DNA from: Coniocarpon cinnabarinum | Lineage: Eukaryota | NCBI GenBank assembly: GCA_051942205.1 | Contig: JAVECO010000003.1 | Location: forward strand, 186,001-250,000 | Length of the DNA: 64,000 nucleotides | Direction of reading: 5' to 3' | Part shown: piece by piece, positions 48,587-60,884 of the stretch | How the letters are laid out: every line of letters starts with the position of its first letter | Numbering within the stretch: position 1 is the first letter of the stretch | Position numbers and translations under genes: made by a program | The notes under the pieces: generated by a model | The model's input: the letters and a program-made list of their open reading frames with translations, nothing else | The model's database searches: none | Told to the model about the DNA's origin: nothing

Positions 48587-50838
48587 ATGACACAAGATCA
48601 AGAGCCAGTCACCTCTCCTCACTCCACCAGATCTTCCGACTCCAAGAACAACTCATTTGTCAAGGAGGAAACCCATCCAAACGGCGGGGACTCTGCATCT
48701 GATGAAGACCAGATGGCCGCAGCCAAAGATCGGGATCCCAATCGACCGAAAAGGAGAAAGGCCAAGAAGGCCTGTGCCGCCTGTCAAAGAGCTCATCTCA
48801 CATGCAGTAAGTCTCTAGTGCTTCCGCCAAAAATTCTGAACCATGGGAGACTGACATTGTCATCCGCACAGGTGATCTCCGCCCATGTGAGCGTTGCCTG
48901 AAGAGAAACATTGCGGATGACTGTCATGATGGACCTCGCAAGACTCCGAAGTATATGGCCGACGCACCAACTGAAGCTCTGGTCGCCAGCCACGGCCCTG
49001 CTGCAGCGTTTGCTCATCTCAATGGTTTCCAACATGTCCATCATGGTCAGGTTCAGCCAAGTCCCGATCTCAAGCCGTCGGCTGCTTACAATTCTGGCCC
49101 TACCGAATCATCGCAAGCTGGTTTGCAAGCATTCCAATCCAACAAATCCAATTATGGCATGCCGCCGCCCTCCATCGATACGCAGGGGGTTGCGCTTGCA
49201 CATGGCTACCAATCGCCTGCGTCTTCCACTTTCAGTTCGTCCCAAACATCACCAATGCAGCACTATGGTCCCGCTGCAAGTGGCCCCAATAGCACGATGT
49301 CCATGAGTGCGCAAATTCCAGATGTTGCAGATCCGACCACGTTCAATTTTGATCTGACAGGAATGAACTTTGGCAACCATTATGGAGCTCTCGAATTTGG
49401 CATGCTTGAGCATATGTCGACAAACCCTCAGGCCAACGCGACAAGCGGAAATCTGCATGTTGGTGGAGAGGAACTTGCCCAGAATACCTACAGCACATCG
49501 CACTATCCAAGTCAGAGCTTTTCCGTTCCTGTTCAACAAGGGTGGGAACCTTCACACAGGCCACAGCTTCAGCCGTTCGCAAATAACTACGATGCTTCCT
49601 TCGACAATCTTTCTTTTCGACAGGTGAAACAAGAGACCGTGCCGCATGCGTTTGCTATTGGCAGCGGCTCTCGGGGCAGCTTCTCCAGCTCGAGTGCTGC
49701 TTCTTCGGTTGAACCAAGCCGCAGTCGAAACATCAGTCGACCGTCCAACGATCACTATCCAAAGAAGCAAGACCGATTCGATTGGAAGCAGAGCAGTAGC
49801 CCCAGTGTGGGCTTTGCGACGCACACAGCTACGCCATGCCAGAGCGCCGCCGATGTCAAGCAATCTTCTGCGTACCGAGCAGATGCCGCGTCTGTGTATG
49901 AGACTTCTTCGGCACCATATCCATATACTGAAGCTTTTCATCGCCTCTTTCGTCTACTTCGCTATCGGTTTCCCCAAAACAAACTCGCTCGTATTGCCAA
50001 AGCGTTTGGGAAAATTCGGCCGTCTTTCATCCTGTCCACATCGTCTTTGATAAAGCAAGACCTCATTTTCATGGAACAGATTTTTCAAAGGAGCATGGTA
50101 GAGTACGAAGGCATCCTGGACAAGGTTGGGGTTCCCACCCTTGTCTGCAGGCGAACTGGTGAGGTAGCAAAAACTAACCTGGGATTCCAAATGCTAGTAG
50201 GCTGGGACCCTGAGGTATTGTTGGGACACAAACCCAATCTTAACGCCAACAAGTCTTCTGTGTCCACCCAGTCCCTTGCAGCTCTTTCTGGTTACACACC
50301 GACTGGCACGGGTAAGGGCGGTCTCAACACTCCCAATGTGTCAAGCACACCTGTCGAGCCAGGAGTAGGTGTCAAGCCTGTCGAAGAGCAGCAAGTGAAA
50401 GGTGGAAAGAAGCCGCAGCCGGTCTTTCTGGCTGAACTATTGGATGAAGACAGCGTGGTCCAGTTCTACGAAGACTTCTCCCAACTAGCGTTTGCCGACC
50501 GCAAAGGACGAGCATCTGCACGTTGCAAGTTGTTACAATATCGTACAAAAACGAGTGAACCCGGCCAAACGCATGGGAGACCGATGTCGCGGAAGAGGAA
50601 GGCAACGGTCAAGAAGGAAGATAGGACACCGAAAGTGGAGAGCCAAGAAGAGTTGAAGCAGCTGGGTGGCAAAGACGGCCGAGTCAACTGCACCTACTGC
50701 TGGGAGGTGAAGAGGGACGTGTTCAACATGCCGAGTTTGATTGTCATCAACGTAAGTCGATTGCGCTGCCAAGGCCAGCTTTCTTGCGCTGATGACTCAT
50801 TGACACAAATTCAGTTCCTCCCGGTTCTTCCCCAGTGA
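48587..50838 (+). CDS. acuK: Zn2Cys6-PAS gluconeogenesis activator AcuK/Ert1
   Basis: RRKAKKACAACQRAHLTC/GDLRPCERC; FGNHYGALEFGML; IRPSFI; DLIFMEQIFQR; PTLVCRRTGEV; KRDVFNMPSLIVIN/FLP. Confidence 0.88.
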
Positions 50839-51830
50839 CGAGAAACATGTCAAACACGATTAATGATTTTACGAAAAGCAATGGGCGGCATGTTGTACGA
50901 CTACACTACCCAACATCTATCGATTCCACGGGAGTAGAGCAAGACGCGCAAGCAATCCAGGCGGCATCCTGTACATACGACATTCAGTTGCACATTTTCC
51001 GGACTACGAGTTTGGCAGGACCTTACAAGGGGTTGCCGTGAGTGGCAGCTTTGGTAGGGGGTGGACAATTTCTGGACGAAGCACAAATGGCTACACCCTT
51101 TAAGAGAAGATTCCAACGAGCCGTCTCGTACGAGGATGCACTTTGTTGGTCCATAGCGTTAGGCGACACCCTCTCCACATCAGTCGCGCGTGTTGGTCTC
51201 CCTCCGCTGCGTAGACCATTTTGACTCGGGGTCTTATTGATCAGGTACCAGTAGGGAATGTGTCGTCTCTACCTATCTCACTTTCACGGTGAACATGCCG
51301 CACCCTGCCGGCGGGGTGGACGTAACAGCACGTGACGGTTTTCTGAGAAGCGCAGCTACGTCATGTCCCTGCGGTTGAATCCAACCACCGCGCGTCTCGC
51401 CCATCTGACAGGAGCTAGTCAACGCACGGCCTGGTTGTTTTGAGCCTCATCATGACAGCCTTGAAATAGGGAAAGGCTGGACAGGCTGTTTGCCCAGGAG
51501 TGACGCTGGCGCTGTTCCGTACTGAGTGAGTTCCTGGAGCTGCAGCCTTGTCCGTAGCAGAGATAAGGATACACCCATGCACAAGCCGTTCGCGGAACGC
51601 CGCTAAATATGCTTTGCTGTTTTCTGAATAATCCACAGCCGCATTCCACATTCCAGTGCGGACGCAATGCGGACTGTTGAAGCCAAGATCCCGGCAGTAA
51701 CCGACGCCGCAGATGGCTTGCGCGTCGCTCGCTCTTTCCTTTGTTCTCCCCCTGGTTGTTTGACTGGCTTGCACACGTCCCATGTTGTTCTCTTGACGTC
51801 CTCTCGCTGCACTTCCTTTTACACCTCAAC

Positions 51831-52802
51831 ATGCCTCCTACTATTCATTTCGTCCGCCACGCTCAAGGGTCGGTAGCATTTGGGCTAATGCACCGCTCGT
51901 GGCTGCGCTGACTGCCTAGATATCACAACTTGAACATTGCTAACCACCAAATACGGGATCCTCTCCTGACCCCGCATGGCGAGCAGCAATGTGGCCATCT
52001 GGACAAGACCTTCCCCTATATTCTTCAGATTGACGCAATCGTCGCATCGCCCCTGAGACGAACCATCTACACTGCTCTCCAGTCGTTTCCGGACGTCATC
52101 GAGAGACGCCACATCCGGATCATCACCTTGCCCGAGCTACAAGAGACCAGCGACTTGCCCTGCGACGTTGGGAGCTCTGTCGAAGACCTCAAGAAAGAAT
52201 TTGCCGGCAAGCCAGTGTCTTTTGACCTGCTTCAGCCAGACTGGAACAGCAAAAAGGGACGGTGGGCGCCTGAAGCTCATGCGATCCAGGAACGCGCCCA
52301 CGTCGCTCGAAATTGGTTGAGGAGTAGGCCTAAGAAGCACATTGTGGCTGTCACGCATGGTGGTTTGCTGCACTACTTGACCGAAGATTGGCAAGGCATG
52401 GACAAGTTACAAGGTCAGTCAGACGGTTTCATGATATCACTTCACTCATCGGAAGACGCTGGCTGAGGCGGTGCTTGGTTGTCGCAGCATTCACAGTCCG
52501 CCATGCTGAGCACTACGAGACCAAACACCCGGATGGTCGCTTGTCGAAGAGGATGGAGCACTTCGTCGACCGTACTACCTGCTGTGCCGCTTCGTGTGAT
52601 GACTGAGTGGCTGCTGACGCGAACGGCAGGGACCGGGTGGATGAACACGGAATTCCGAACATACAACTTCGACCCGAAGAGTGGCCAGAATGCGAGCCTT
52701 GTGGAGACAGAAGACTCGCGACTGCGGCGACGTGGGACTGAGAAGCCTTTGTCAGAAGCAGAGCAGCGAAACTTGGCCCGGACCACCGGGAAGCTGGTAT
52801 AA
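51831..52802 (+). CDS. Histidine phosphatase/phosphoglycerate-mutase-like protein (2 introns)
   Basis: IHFVRHAQG; DPLLTPHGEQQC; ASPLRRT; PELQE..PCDVGS; VTHGGLLH; GTGWMNTEFR. Confidence 0.88.
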
Positions 52803-53327
52803 GAAAACTTTGGCGCGCACTTCAAATTGCACAGCAAAGGCGTCGCTGAGGATTCAGGACTGGCATGCTCAAGAAGAGACAATTTGCAAATTGGAACAGA
52901 GGGCATCTTCAAGGACACCTCCCCGGTTACCTGGCAGGTCAATGCCATGATCGGAAATACGTTGCGCCGTAGTGGCCGGTCCGCCGGTGGAATCTAGTCC
53001 GACCGGGCCGGTTCGTCGCTAGGATGCCGCGGCCCGCAGACTTGCCGACGGTGGTCGCCAGGCACCCATCGATGTTGCTCTTGCCACTGTTTCTACTGCT
53101 ACAGTCTGGACTAAGTGTATCGGCCAGTGTTGTGCGTAGACGGGAGACTACAGACAGCGCACGGCAGCTCTTAGCACGCTTTGTGACCGCACAGGTCCGC
53201 CAGACGCGTATTTCTGGCTCCTGCCCTCCTCCATCAAAATCTATGATCATATCACTTCTCTTTTCGTCGTCTTTTATCTCTTCCTTTCCTCTCCTCATAC
53301 GTAACATTTGAGATCCTTTGAAGCACC

Positions 53328-55013
53328 ATGGCCGTACCACATCAGCTCTTCCTCGCAGTCTCTGTCAGCACCACGTGGATCCTCGTTCATTATGCTCCTC
53401 ACTTCATGCTCCTTGAGTCCATCTGGCTCACTGCGCTGGCGATACAGGCTTTTTTGACCTGCTGCACCCTCTCCTGGAGTGTCATCCTGTATCCGCATTG
53501 CTTCTCGCCCCTGCGCAAGCTCCCACAGCCTCCGGGCGGTAGCTTCATCAATGGCCACTTCTGGCGCATCTTCAGCGAGCCGTCCGGGGTGCCACAATCC
53601 GAATGGATCGAAACTGTACCCAACGACGGCCTCATTTATTATAGGTCGATCATGAATTCAGAGCGAGTGTTTGTGACGAGCATTGATGCCATGAAGGAGG
53701 TCTTGACCGCGAAGAGTTACGAGTATGTGAAGCCACGACAATTCTTGGAGGGCGTAGGACGAATCTTGGGCGTCGGAGTCTTGTTTGCCGAAGGCGATGA
53801 ACACAAAGTAGGTCGAGCACGAAAACGGGCCAGCGAATGTTGAACATCTGACTTCTCTTAGCGCCAACGCAAGGCCCTGATGCCTGCGTTTAGTTTTCGA
53901 CATATCAAAGAACTTTACCCTCTCTTTTGGGAAAAGACGCGGGAGCTAGTACTCGCCTTGGACCACGACCTGACTCTTCCCAAAGGCAGCGAGGAAAAAC
54001 CCTCTCGTGTTATCGTGACCCAGGAATGGGCTTCACGAAGCACGCTTGACATCATCGGAGAGGCTGGCATGGGCAAATCGTTCAATGCCATTCAGGACGA
54101 GCACAGCGAACTCTATCAGCTCTACCAGACGCTCTTCCAGCCTAACCGAGTCGCTAGATTTATGCAGTTTCTGGGCCTGGTGTTGCCTTTTAAGCTGGTG
54201 TCTAACATTCCTGTCAAGCGCAATCAGCAGTTCAAAGATGCCTGCAAGTTTTTGAGAGAGATGTGCAGGTCTATGATCCGCGAGAAGCATGAACGCATGG
54301 CGCAGGGCAAACAAGTCGGCGTCGACATACTCTCCATTGCTATTGAGTCTGGAGGCTTCACGGACGAGAACTTGGTTGATCAAATGATGACGTTCTTGGC
54401 CGCCGGGCATGAGACAACGGCGACGTCCTTAACATGGGCAGTGTGCTTGCTCTGTCAGCACCCGACCGTTCAGAAAAGGCTGCGCGATGAGCTTAAGGAA
54501 GCTCAGCTTCCCAACATTCGAGACCAAGATGCAACCGTCACGTCTGAGATCATCGACAAGATCCCGTATTTGAACGCGGTCTGCAATGAAGTCCTACGTT
54601 TCTCAGCTCCCGTTCCGTTTACCTTCCGACAGACGTCACAGGATGAATGGCTCATGGGCCAATTCATTCCCAAGAAAACAGCAGTCGTCCTAGCGCCGAT
54701 GGCTGTCAATCGGTCGCCGTCATTCTGGGGCCCAGACGCGAATGAGTTCAATCCTGACAGGTGGATGGGCGCTGGAAGAGCCAACACGGGTGGTGCAGAA
54801 TCCAACTACGCCTTCATGACATTCCTGCATGGGCCTCGCAGCTGCATTGGACAGCAGTTTAGCAAAGCGGAGTTTGCTTGTTTGCTGGCGGGCTGGGTGC
54901 AAGCCTTTGAGTTTGAGCTCAAGGATCCGGACATGAAGATTGAGATTCAAGGTGGGATTACGGCTCGGCCAAAGGGTGGGCTGCCAGTTGTGTTAACGCC
55001 AATTTCCCCTTGA
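53328..55013 (+). CDS. Cytochrome P450 (intron about 53809-53861)
   Basis: AEGDEHK/RQRK; AAGHETT; EVLR; FNPDRW; FLHGPRSCIG. Confidence 0.92.
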
Positions 55014-55384
55014 ATGCTCTTGGCATCTGAACGCTTGAGGCAGGGCTACTAAGTTCGCTCTTCTTTTCCCTGCTCCGATCCTCGTGCGAGGTGTTGACAC
55101 CTACAAGCAAGCGGTGCGCACAAACAGTCGCCTGCTCTCTTTGCGGATGAGGTGACCCGCTCTGTAAGCCCGCTTGCCTACCAACTTCTGCCTTTGCCTG
55201 TGTTGCCCTACGCCGTGCTGTGCTGTGCTGTGGCCTTGCAACAGCTCCGCATCATCTCTGCACGTTCCTGCTCTGACATGCTTGTGACTACCCGCTACAG
55301 CAGACTAAGAGTCGCAACATGAGTGAGGATAGTTGGACTTGGCATCCCAATATCCAAATCAGCTTGGTCATCAAGTGATACCAC

Positions 55385-57040
55385 ATGGATTGCCAAATGG
55401 GTACCGAACATGATGCCAACAGCGGTCCACTGAATCAAGGTGACCAGCAGTGCCAGCCGTCCATGTCGGACAGGCTCCCCGATGCGAATAGCATAACGCC
55501 TTTGCAGCTCTCCAAGGCGCGCGCCAGAATTAACAAGCAGTTCATCCCTCTTCCGGATGAAGAGATGGCCGATGCCCCTGTGCCCGCATCGGAGGAGCTC
55601 TTTACCGCACCAGTCCAAAACAATGGCTTAGAAAGCTTCAACAATGTCGTCGATGGATCGAAAACTATACTCTTGCCTCCGCCTCAGCTGGAAGCCGAAA
55701 CACAACACGACTCGTCTGAGCCCATGGCTCAAATTGAATACGCGGAATCCTCAACAAAGCCCGCACAGGAGCCAAATTCCGAGCCAGCGCCCACAGCCTC
55801 GACCTCGTCCAACTACGTCTACGTAAAGACATCTAGCAGCATCAGCTTCAAGCTCCCATCATCACCCCACCTCATCTTCCACGTCCCCAAAAACCCCATC
55901 AAAGACCTCCCCGTCTTGGTATCGAGCAGACAAAAAGCCCTCCTCGCCCGCGGTCATGACATCTGGATCGAGACGGAGAATCTCGCTGAGGCATCTCGAG
56001 CCTTTCGAGATCTCTTCCACAACGGCGGGAGTCGCGCGTCTGACCCGCCTTTATTTCGGTTACCGCGCGTCTTGGCTCGGATGGAAAGCTCGCAGATTGA
56101 GATTGAAGAGGCGGGTGAAGCGTGCACACGTGGTCTCGTTTTTGATGATGCTGCTAAAGAGTATACGCGACAACTTTGTGAGGAGTACGGTCTCGTTAGC
56201 GTTCTTGAGTTTGTGCCGCTAGTGGGCGACTGGCTTCTTCAGGGCTCTGGAGTTTTGAATTCAGGACTGAAGGGGAGTATCTTCTTTCGTCTGACATTCG
56301 GTCGGGATGCCCCAGCACCGGGCGAGAAGATGAAACGCAAGATTCTGAATGTGAAAGAGATTTTGAGCGGAGGCGCTCATTTCATTATTGATCTCGACAT
56401 CACTTCCTACGAGCGACTCCGCAGCGCGACTTCCACCATGGCTCAGGAAAACAACTGCGATCCTCTGCCTGACGCAGCCATCGTTTCTTACGAAATGGGT
56501 CGGGCTCTTGCTGCGTTTCACTCAGCTGATCTAGACGGCCGATCCGTGGATTTCATCCTCGCCGGCTCACCCATCCATGACGACCCCACCCGCGTCCCAG
56601 CTGAAGTCAGCAGCAACATCCTCTCTGACCTTCCACCACCGAAACGCAACAACCTCAAATCGTGTCCCAACTTCGATCCGCGATGCGAAGACATCCCCCT
56701 CAACTCACAGGGCTGGTCTTTCTGGATCCAGAATCTAAGCCAATGCAACCCCCTCCGCGGTAGCGAGCACAAAAAAGCAGAAATGATAAAGGACGGGTTT
56801 TACTACCACGAGAGCGGCGCTGACAACTCTTCGTTTCCACACTTGCATGACAAGACGACAGTTGGGGCGCGGGGGAGGGTTGTGAAGATGAAGCGTAAAG
56901 CACATGGGAAGTGGTTTGGGGTTTGTGGGGATTACTTCGAGAGGGGGTATGAGGATGGGACGTGGAATGTCAACTGGGGGAAGAGAGGACTTGCGAGGAT
57001 TAAGAGGGAGCAAGCTAAGAGGGATGAGAAGGGGGTTTGA
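55385..57040 (+). CDS. DUF3669-like protein (kinase-like fold, diverged) with disordered N-terminus
   Basis: FRLPRV; FFRLTFGR; EMGRALAAFHSADLDGRSVDFILAGS; FWIQNLSQC; these match the family pattern MA.ALA..H...DA.DVEF.LG..W.LDF.QC. Confidence 0.6.
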   Translation: MDCQMGTEHDANSGPLNQGDQQCQPSMSDRLPDANSITPLQLSKARARINKQFIPLPDEEMADAPVPASEELFTAPVQNNGLESFNNVVDGSKTILLPPPQLEAETQHDSSEPMAQIEYAESSTKPAQEPNSEPAPTASTSSNYVYVKTSSSISFKLPSSPHLIFHVPKNPIKDLPVLVSSRQKALLARGHDIWIETENLAEASRAFRDLFHNGGSRASDPPLFRLPRVLARMESSQIEIEEAGEACTRGLVFDDAAKEYTRQLCEEYGLVSVLEFVPLVGDWLLQGSGVLNSGLKGSIFFRLTFGRDAPAPGEKMKRKILNVKEILSGGAHFIIDLDITSYERLRSATSTMAQENNCDPLPDAAIVSYEMGRALAAFHSADLDGRSVDFILAGSPIHDDPTRVPAEVSSNILSDLPPPKRNNLKSCPNFDPRCEDIPLNSQGWSFWIQNLSQCNPLRGSEHKKAEMIKDGFYYHESGADNSSFPHLHDKTTVGARGRVVKMKRKAHGKWFGVCGDYFERGYEDGTWNVNWGKRGLARIKREQAKRDEKGV

Positions 57041-57409
57041 GGTGGGTTGTGATGAAGATGAGTAGGTGACAAGCCGCTTAGGTGTAAAAGTTGGGCTTTA
57101 CTTGACCGCGTGAGTTTGCATAGCTGATTCAAGAATCGACGGCGTTGGATCTTGGACCCTTTTCTCAACCACACGGTGTGTGTGTACTTATGAGAGGGTG
57201 AGCGAGATACACTGTGCATGCTTCCTGATGCTGCAGTTCACGCGATCCAAAAACGAAGCCAAAAAGCAAAAGCAAGATGTACGATCTCATCCTACGAATC
57301 ACATCCGCTTCCGTCATCAACTTCGAACCAAAAGCATCTCTCACGCAACTCAACCATCCAGAATGAGAACTCGATCACAACTCAAATCCACAACCCTCCC
57401 AACCCCAAA

Positions 57410-57820
57410 ATGCCACCCCCCACAAACGAAGCAGAGCTCCTCCCCTCCCACATATCCACCTACTTCAACCTCATCGACAAAGCAATCGCAAATGCCTTCT
57501 ATCCCGAAAGGGAAAGCATCGAGCGCTACCACGCCACCGTCGAACAACACGGGTCCACGCATCCCCCATTTACATTCGCGGAGCAACTGTGGCACTGCGA
57601 TGAGTTATGCGAGGCGCGGTTTACTCGCCTGAACTTGGGGATAGAGGAGTTCAACACGCAAAATTCTGTGAGGACGCGGTTTGAGAGGGGGTGTGAGGAG
57701 GATGGTGCTGTGCGGGGATCGCTTGGCTGGTCTTCCTTTGGTTGGCTGGCGGATTTTTGGGAAAGCATGCCGGATGCGTTTGGGTGGAGTGTTCCTTTTT
57801 GGCGTTCCGCGACAGGTTGA
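57410..57820 (+). CDS. Tandem-array paralog 1 (136 aa, intact, Trp-rich tail)
   Basis: YFNLIDKAIANAFYPERESIERY; FTFAEQLW; GWLADFWESMPDAFGWSVPFW. Confidence 0.75.
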   Translation: MPPPTNEAELLPSHISTYFNLIDKAIANAFYPERESIERYHATVEQHGSTHPPFTFAEQLWHCDELCEARFTRLNLGIEEFNTQNSVRTRFERGCEEDGAVRGSLGWSSFGWLADFWESMPDAFGWSVPFWRSATG

Positions 57821-58018
57821 TGATATGAAGCATGCAAGCTGATGGCATTGTGCGTATGTTGTCTCGGTACTGTCGTTTCGCAAAAGGTACACCTCGTACC
57901 CCACTGCCTGATTGAATCATATTTCTTCGCGTTCAACACCAGCAAACTCAGCAACTCATCCCCTAAAGCTACAACAACACGACGAAGAAGCCACCCACAT
58001 CTCCGAAGTCCATCAACA

Positions 58019-58387
58019 ATGCCCTCCACCACTGACGAAAAACCCGAACACCGCCCACAGACCACATCCGCCTACCTCAACCTCCTAAACCACGCAATCA
58101 CCACTTCATACAGTCCCGACCACGAAAGCAGCGGCAGATACCGAAACACTCTCTCAGACTTCATGAGTGACTACATTCAACTTCCCGACGATCAACTTCC
58201 CTCCGACGAGGAGTTCCACTGGCATGACTTTAAAACCTGGCTCGTGGATTTCAGGCAGGAGGGCACTGACCATCGTCCGTATTCGGAAATCAGAGACGCG
58301 GAGCATGCGAAGCGGGGGATTGTGCGGGAATTGCGGGAGGAGTATCAGAGAGCTTGTCGGGCGCGGGAGGAGAGGTCTCAGAAGTAG
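58019..58387 (+). CDS. Tandem-array paralog 2 (122 aa; frame stays open past TAG to 58498)
   Basis: YLNLLNHAITTSYSPDHESSGRY; SDEEFHW; post-stop GWLDGL..SVRDAWW..FWGG. Confidence 0.72.
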   Translation: MPSTTDEKPEHRPQTTSAYLNLLNHAITTSYSPDHESSGRYRNTLSDFMSDYIQLPDDQLPSDEEFHWHDFKTWLVDFRQEGTDHRPYSEIRDAEHAKRGIVRELREEYQRACRAREERSQK

Positions 58388-58763
58388 GGATGGTTGGACG
58401 GCTTGCGAGATCCCCAGAGTGTGCGGGATGCGTGGTGGTGTATTGTGTGTTCTTGTTTTTGGGGGGGACGGGTGACTGGTGGTGAAGGGTACATGTAATC
58501 AACGTTATATCAACGTTATAGACTAGTAGCGTTCTGCGTTTGTCTTTGTCAAAGTCGTTAGCAAAAATATACTACAATTCACCACTTGCCTTACTATTTC
58601 CTTGTCAATACAATTAAATCCCCCAAATCATTCCCTTGAAGCAATCAACAGTTGTAAACACTATAAAGAAGCAACAATAGTCGCAACCTCAACAATACCA
58701 GACACAGCGATTAGCAGCTCTTCAAAACTTCCGTCACCATCTCCTAAATTCGACAACACCAGA

Positions 58764-59138
58764 ATGCCAGCCTCAACTAACGAAGTAGCCGATCGCCCCG
58801 TTCCACACGTAGGTCGCTACTTCGATACCGTCGCGAACGCAATCCGCAACTCCTTTTACGGCGACAATGAAAGCCTGTCCTGATACCGCGATACGCTCCA
58901 CGCGAGCTCGACCACGTACTCGCAATTCACGGATGATGAAATCGATTGGATGGACCACGAAGGATGGGAAGCCCAGTCGATCATGTTAAACCTGAGGGGA
59001 AGTGGTCGAAAGAAGGAATCGTGTGTGGGAAGGATATGAGAAGTTGCGTGGGTGGCGGGGCGGGCTTGGGATTGTTTGGGGAAGTGTGAGGGAGGCGTCT
59101 TGGGGGCAATTCGTTTCTGGGCGGGTGTTGGGTGGTGA
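58764..59138 (+). pseudogene. Tandem-array paralog 3 (pseudogene; closest to paralog 4)
   Basis: YFDTVANAIRNSFYGDNESLS*YR (TGA 58881); FTDDEIDWMDHEGWEAQSIMLNLR; two 1-nt frameshifts in G runs (about 58998 and 59104); GSVREASWG/AIRFWAG. Confidence 0.8.
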
Positions 59139-59410
59139 GAGGTTGATTGATCAACAGTATAGGCTGAGGGCGCTGTGCGACTGTGTCTAGCGATGTTGTT
59201 TAGCGACATTGTTTAGCGATATGGTTTAGCGAAAATACCAATGCCTACGCAGTATACCACTTACCTTTGAACAATATCACCTTATTCAACGCAAGCAAAT
59301 TCGACAACTCATCTGTAGGCTATTGACAAAGCTGGATCATTTATAAAAGCCACAACCTTAGTAGCTAAAAATATCAGTAACAATCATCAACATCTAAACT
59401 CTACAACAAA

Positions 59411-59824
59411 ATGCCACCCCTGAACGACAAAAAGGAGATAACATCATCGGCGAACCACTACCTCGATACCCTCTCGAACGCAATCCAAAACCCCTTTTAC
59501 GCCGACAATGAAAGCCTATCGAGATACCGGACTACTATCAAGGAGTACATGGACCCGAGCGCACCCACGAATGTGCAATTCACGCGCAGGGAGATCAGTT
59601 GGATTAACCGTGAAGCCTGGGAGGCCCAGTGGATCATGTTGGGACTGAGGGGCAAGGTAATCGACATGAAGTACTTGTTGTGGAAGGAATTTGAGAAGAT
59701 GTGGGCGCAGGATGATGACTTTGTGGAGCGGGGACGGTCGGGCTGGCTTTCGGGATTGTGGAAGGGTGTGAGGGAGATTTCTTGGGGAGTTGCTCTCTTC
59801 TGGGTGGGTGACAGGAAGCCGTGA
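59411..59824 (+). CDS. Tandem-array paralog 4 (137 aa, intact)
   Basis: YLDTLSNAIQNPFYADNESLSRYR; FTRREISWINRE; GWLSGLWKGVREISWGVALFWVGDRKP; TATAAAA at about 59342. Confidence 0.8.
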   Translation: MPPLNDKKEITSSANHYLDTLSNAIQNPFYADNESLSRYRTTIKEYMDPSAPTNVQFTRREISWINREAWEAQWIMLGLRGKVIDMKYLLWKEFEKMWAQDDDFVERGRSGWLSGLWKGVREISWGVALFWVGDRKP

Positions 59825-60180
59825 TGGCCGAGGACGTGCTGTTGCGCTTGACATGGGCGTGACCAATCCTATTGCAGCGCTATCAAAAGAGCCTAAGAAG
59901 GTAGCGCTGAAGCGGTTTTACTGGCTGGGAACTAAGTGCTTTTGCCACTTTACATACTCATCAGTAGCTAGTTTTGGAAAGGAATCATGTCTGCAGCAGA
60001 AAACAGTACGACTCTTCGTAGCTTGCACTAACCTGTGACACAAGGAATAGAGAGCACATGCAAATCACAGTTTACATGCACAGTCTCCACTTGTCATTTC
60101 TCCACTCTTGAAACCTCAGAGCGGAAAAAAATCTCTTCCAAGAACACATTCGCCCTGCCAGCTCTGACGAACAACAAAAC

Positions 60181-60573
60181 ATGTCCTTTTTCTTCTTCAA
60201 CGTGAACGAGTCCCTCCCGCTAACCATACAATACTTTAGAAGACTCCGGCGGACGATTTACCGCAACCAGGCGGCCGAATACGAAAGCCGCTACAACTAC
60301 TGCGAGGACCTCTCACGAAGCCTCCACAATCCGCAATTATCACGCGAAGAGCGTGAGTGGACGACAAAGGAAATTGCAGACGTACGGCAGCAGGGCCTCG
60401 AGCTGGATGAAAGGGATCGGGCCGCGGATTACGCTGTGCGGCGCGAATACAGGAGACTGGGCAGATGGTGGTTTCAAACCGACCCTGAAATTCCATGGTG
60501 GCGCCAGATTTCAACGTTGCTACTGGCAGCGTACTGGCGGGCGGCTTTTTGGTGGAGTGGTGATCGAAGGTAG
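60181..60573 (+). CDS. Tandem-array paralog 5 (130 aa, intact)
   Basis: YFRRLRRTIYRNQAAEYESRY; LSREEREWTTKE; DPEIPWWRQI..AAFWWSGDRR. Confidence 0.72.
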   Translation: MSFFFFNVNESLPLTIQYFRRLRRTIYRNQAAEYESRYNYCEDLSRSLHNPQLSREEREWTTKEIADVRQQGLELDERDRAADYAVRREYRRLGRWWFQTDPEIPWWRQISTLLLAAYWRAAFWWSGDRR

Positions 60574-60884
60574 AAGTGATTCGATGTTGCACTTCTCAAG
60601 CGCACACAGTGGTCGATGGCGCTCACTGTGCATTTCTCTGCGAGGACCCAATTCAACGAAAGATACACCTACAGAGTGGAACTCACTTCTGCAACTCTCC
60701 TCTTGCGTCCAGCTGAGGCTTCAACACAACATCAATGTCTCAAACATGATGGATCTTCCGAAACCAAGAAACAACGCAACAACAAACCATCACGACAACA
60801 AATCAGTACAACAGCAAAGCAGCACATCAGCAAATTAGCACGTCAGCATATCATCAACGCTCACCATCTACAACCATCATCAAA

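Noticed and set aside
52800..53000. Frame stays open about 64 codons after the TAA of the PGM-like gene
   Set aside because: The protein already looks complete, the extension has no recognisable similarity, and it runs into the P450 promoter region; compatible with chance.
59185..59232. GTTTAGCGA repeats as a CRISPR or telomere-like array
   Set aside because: Only three or four short units with 4-nt spacers in eukaryotic DNA; a simple minisatellite.
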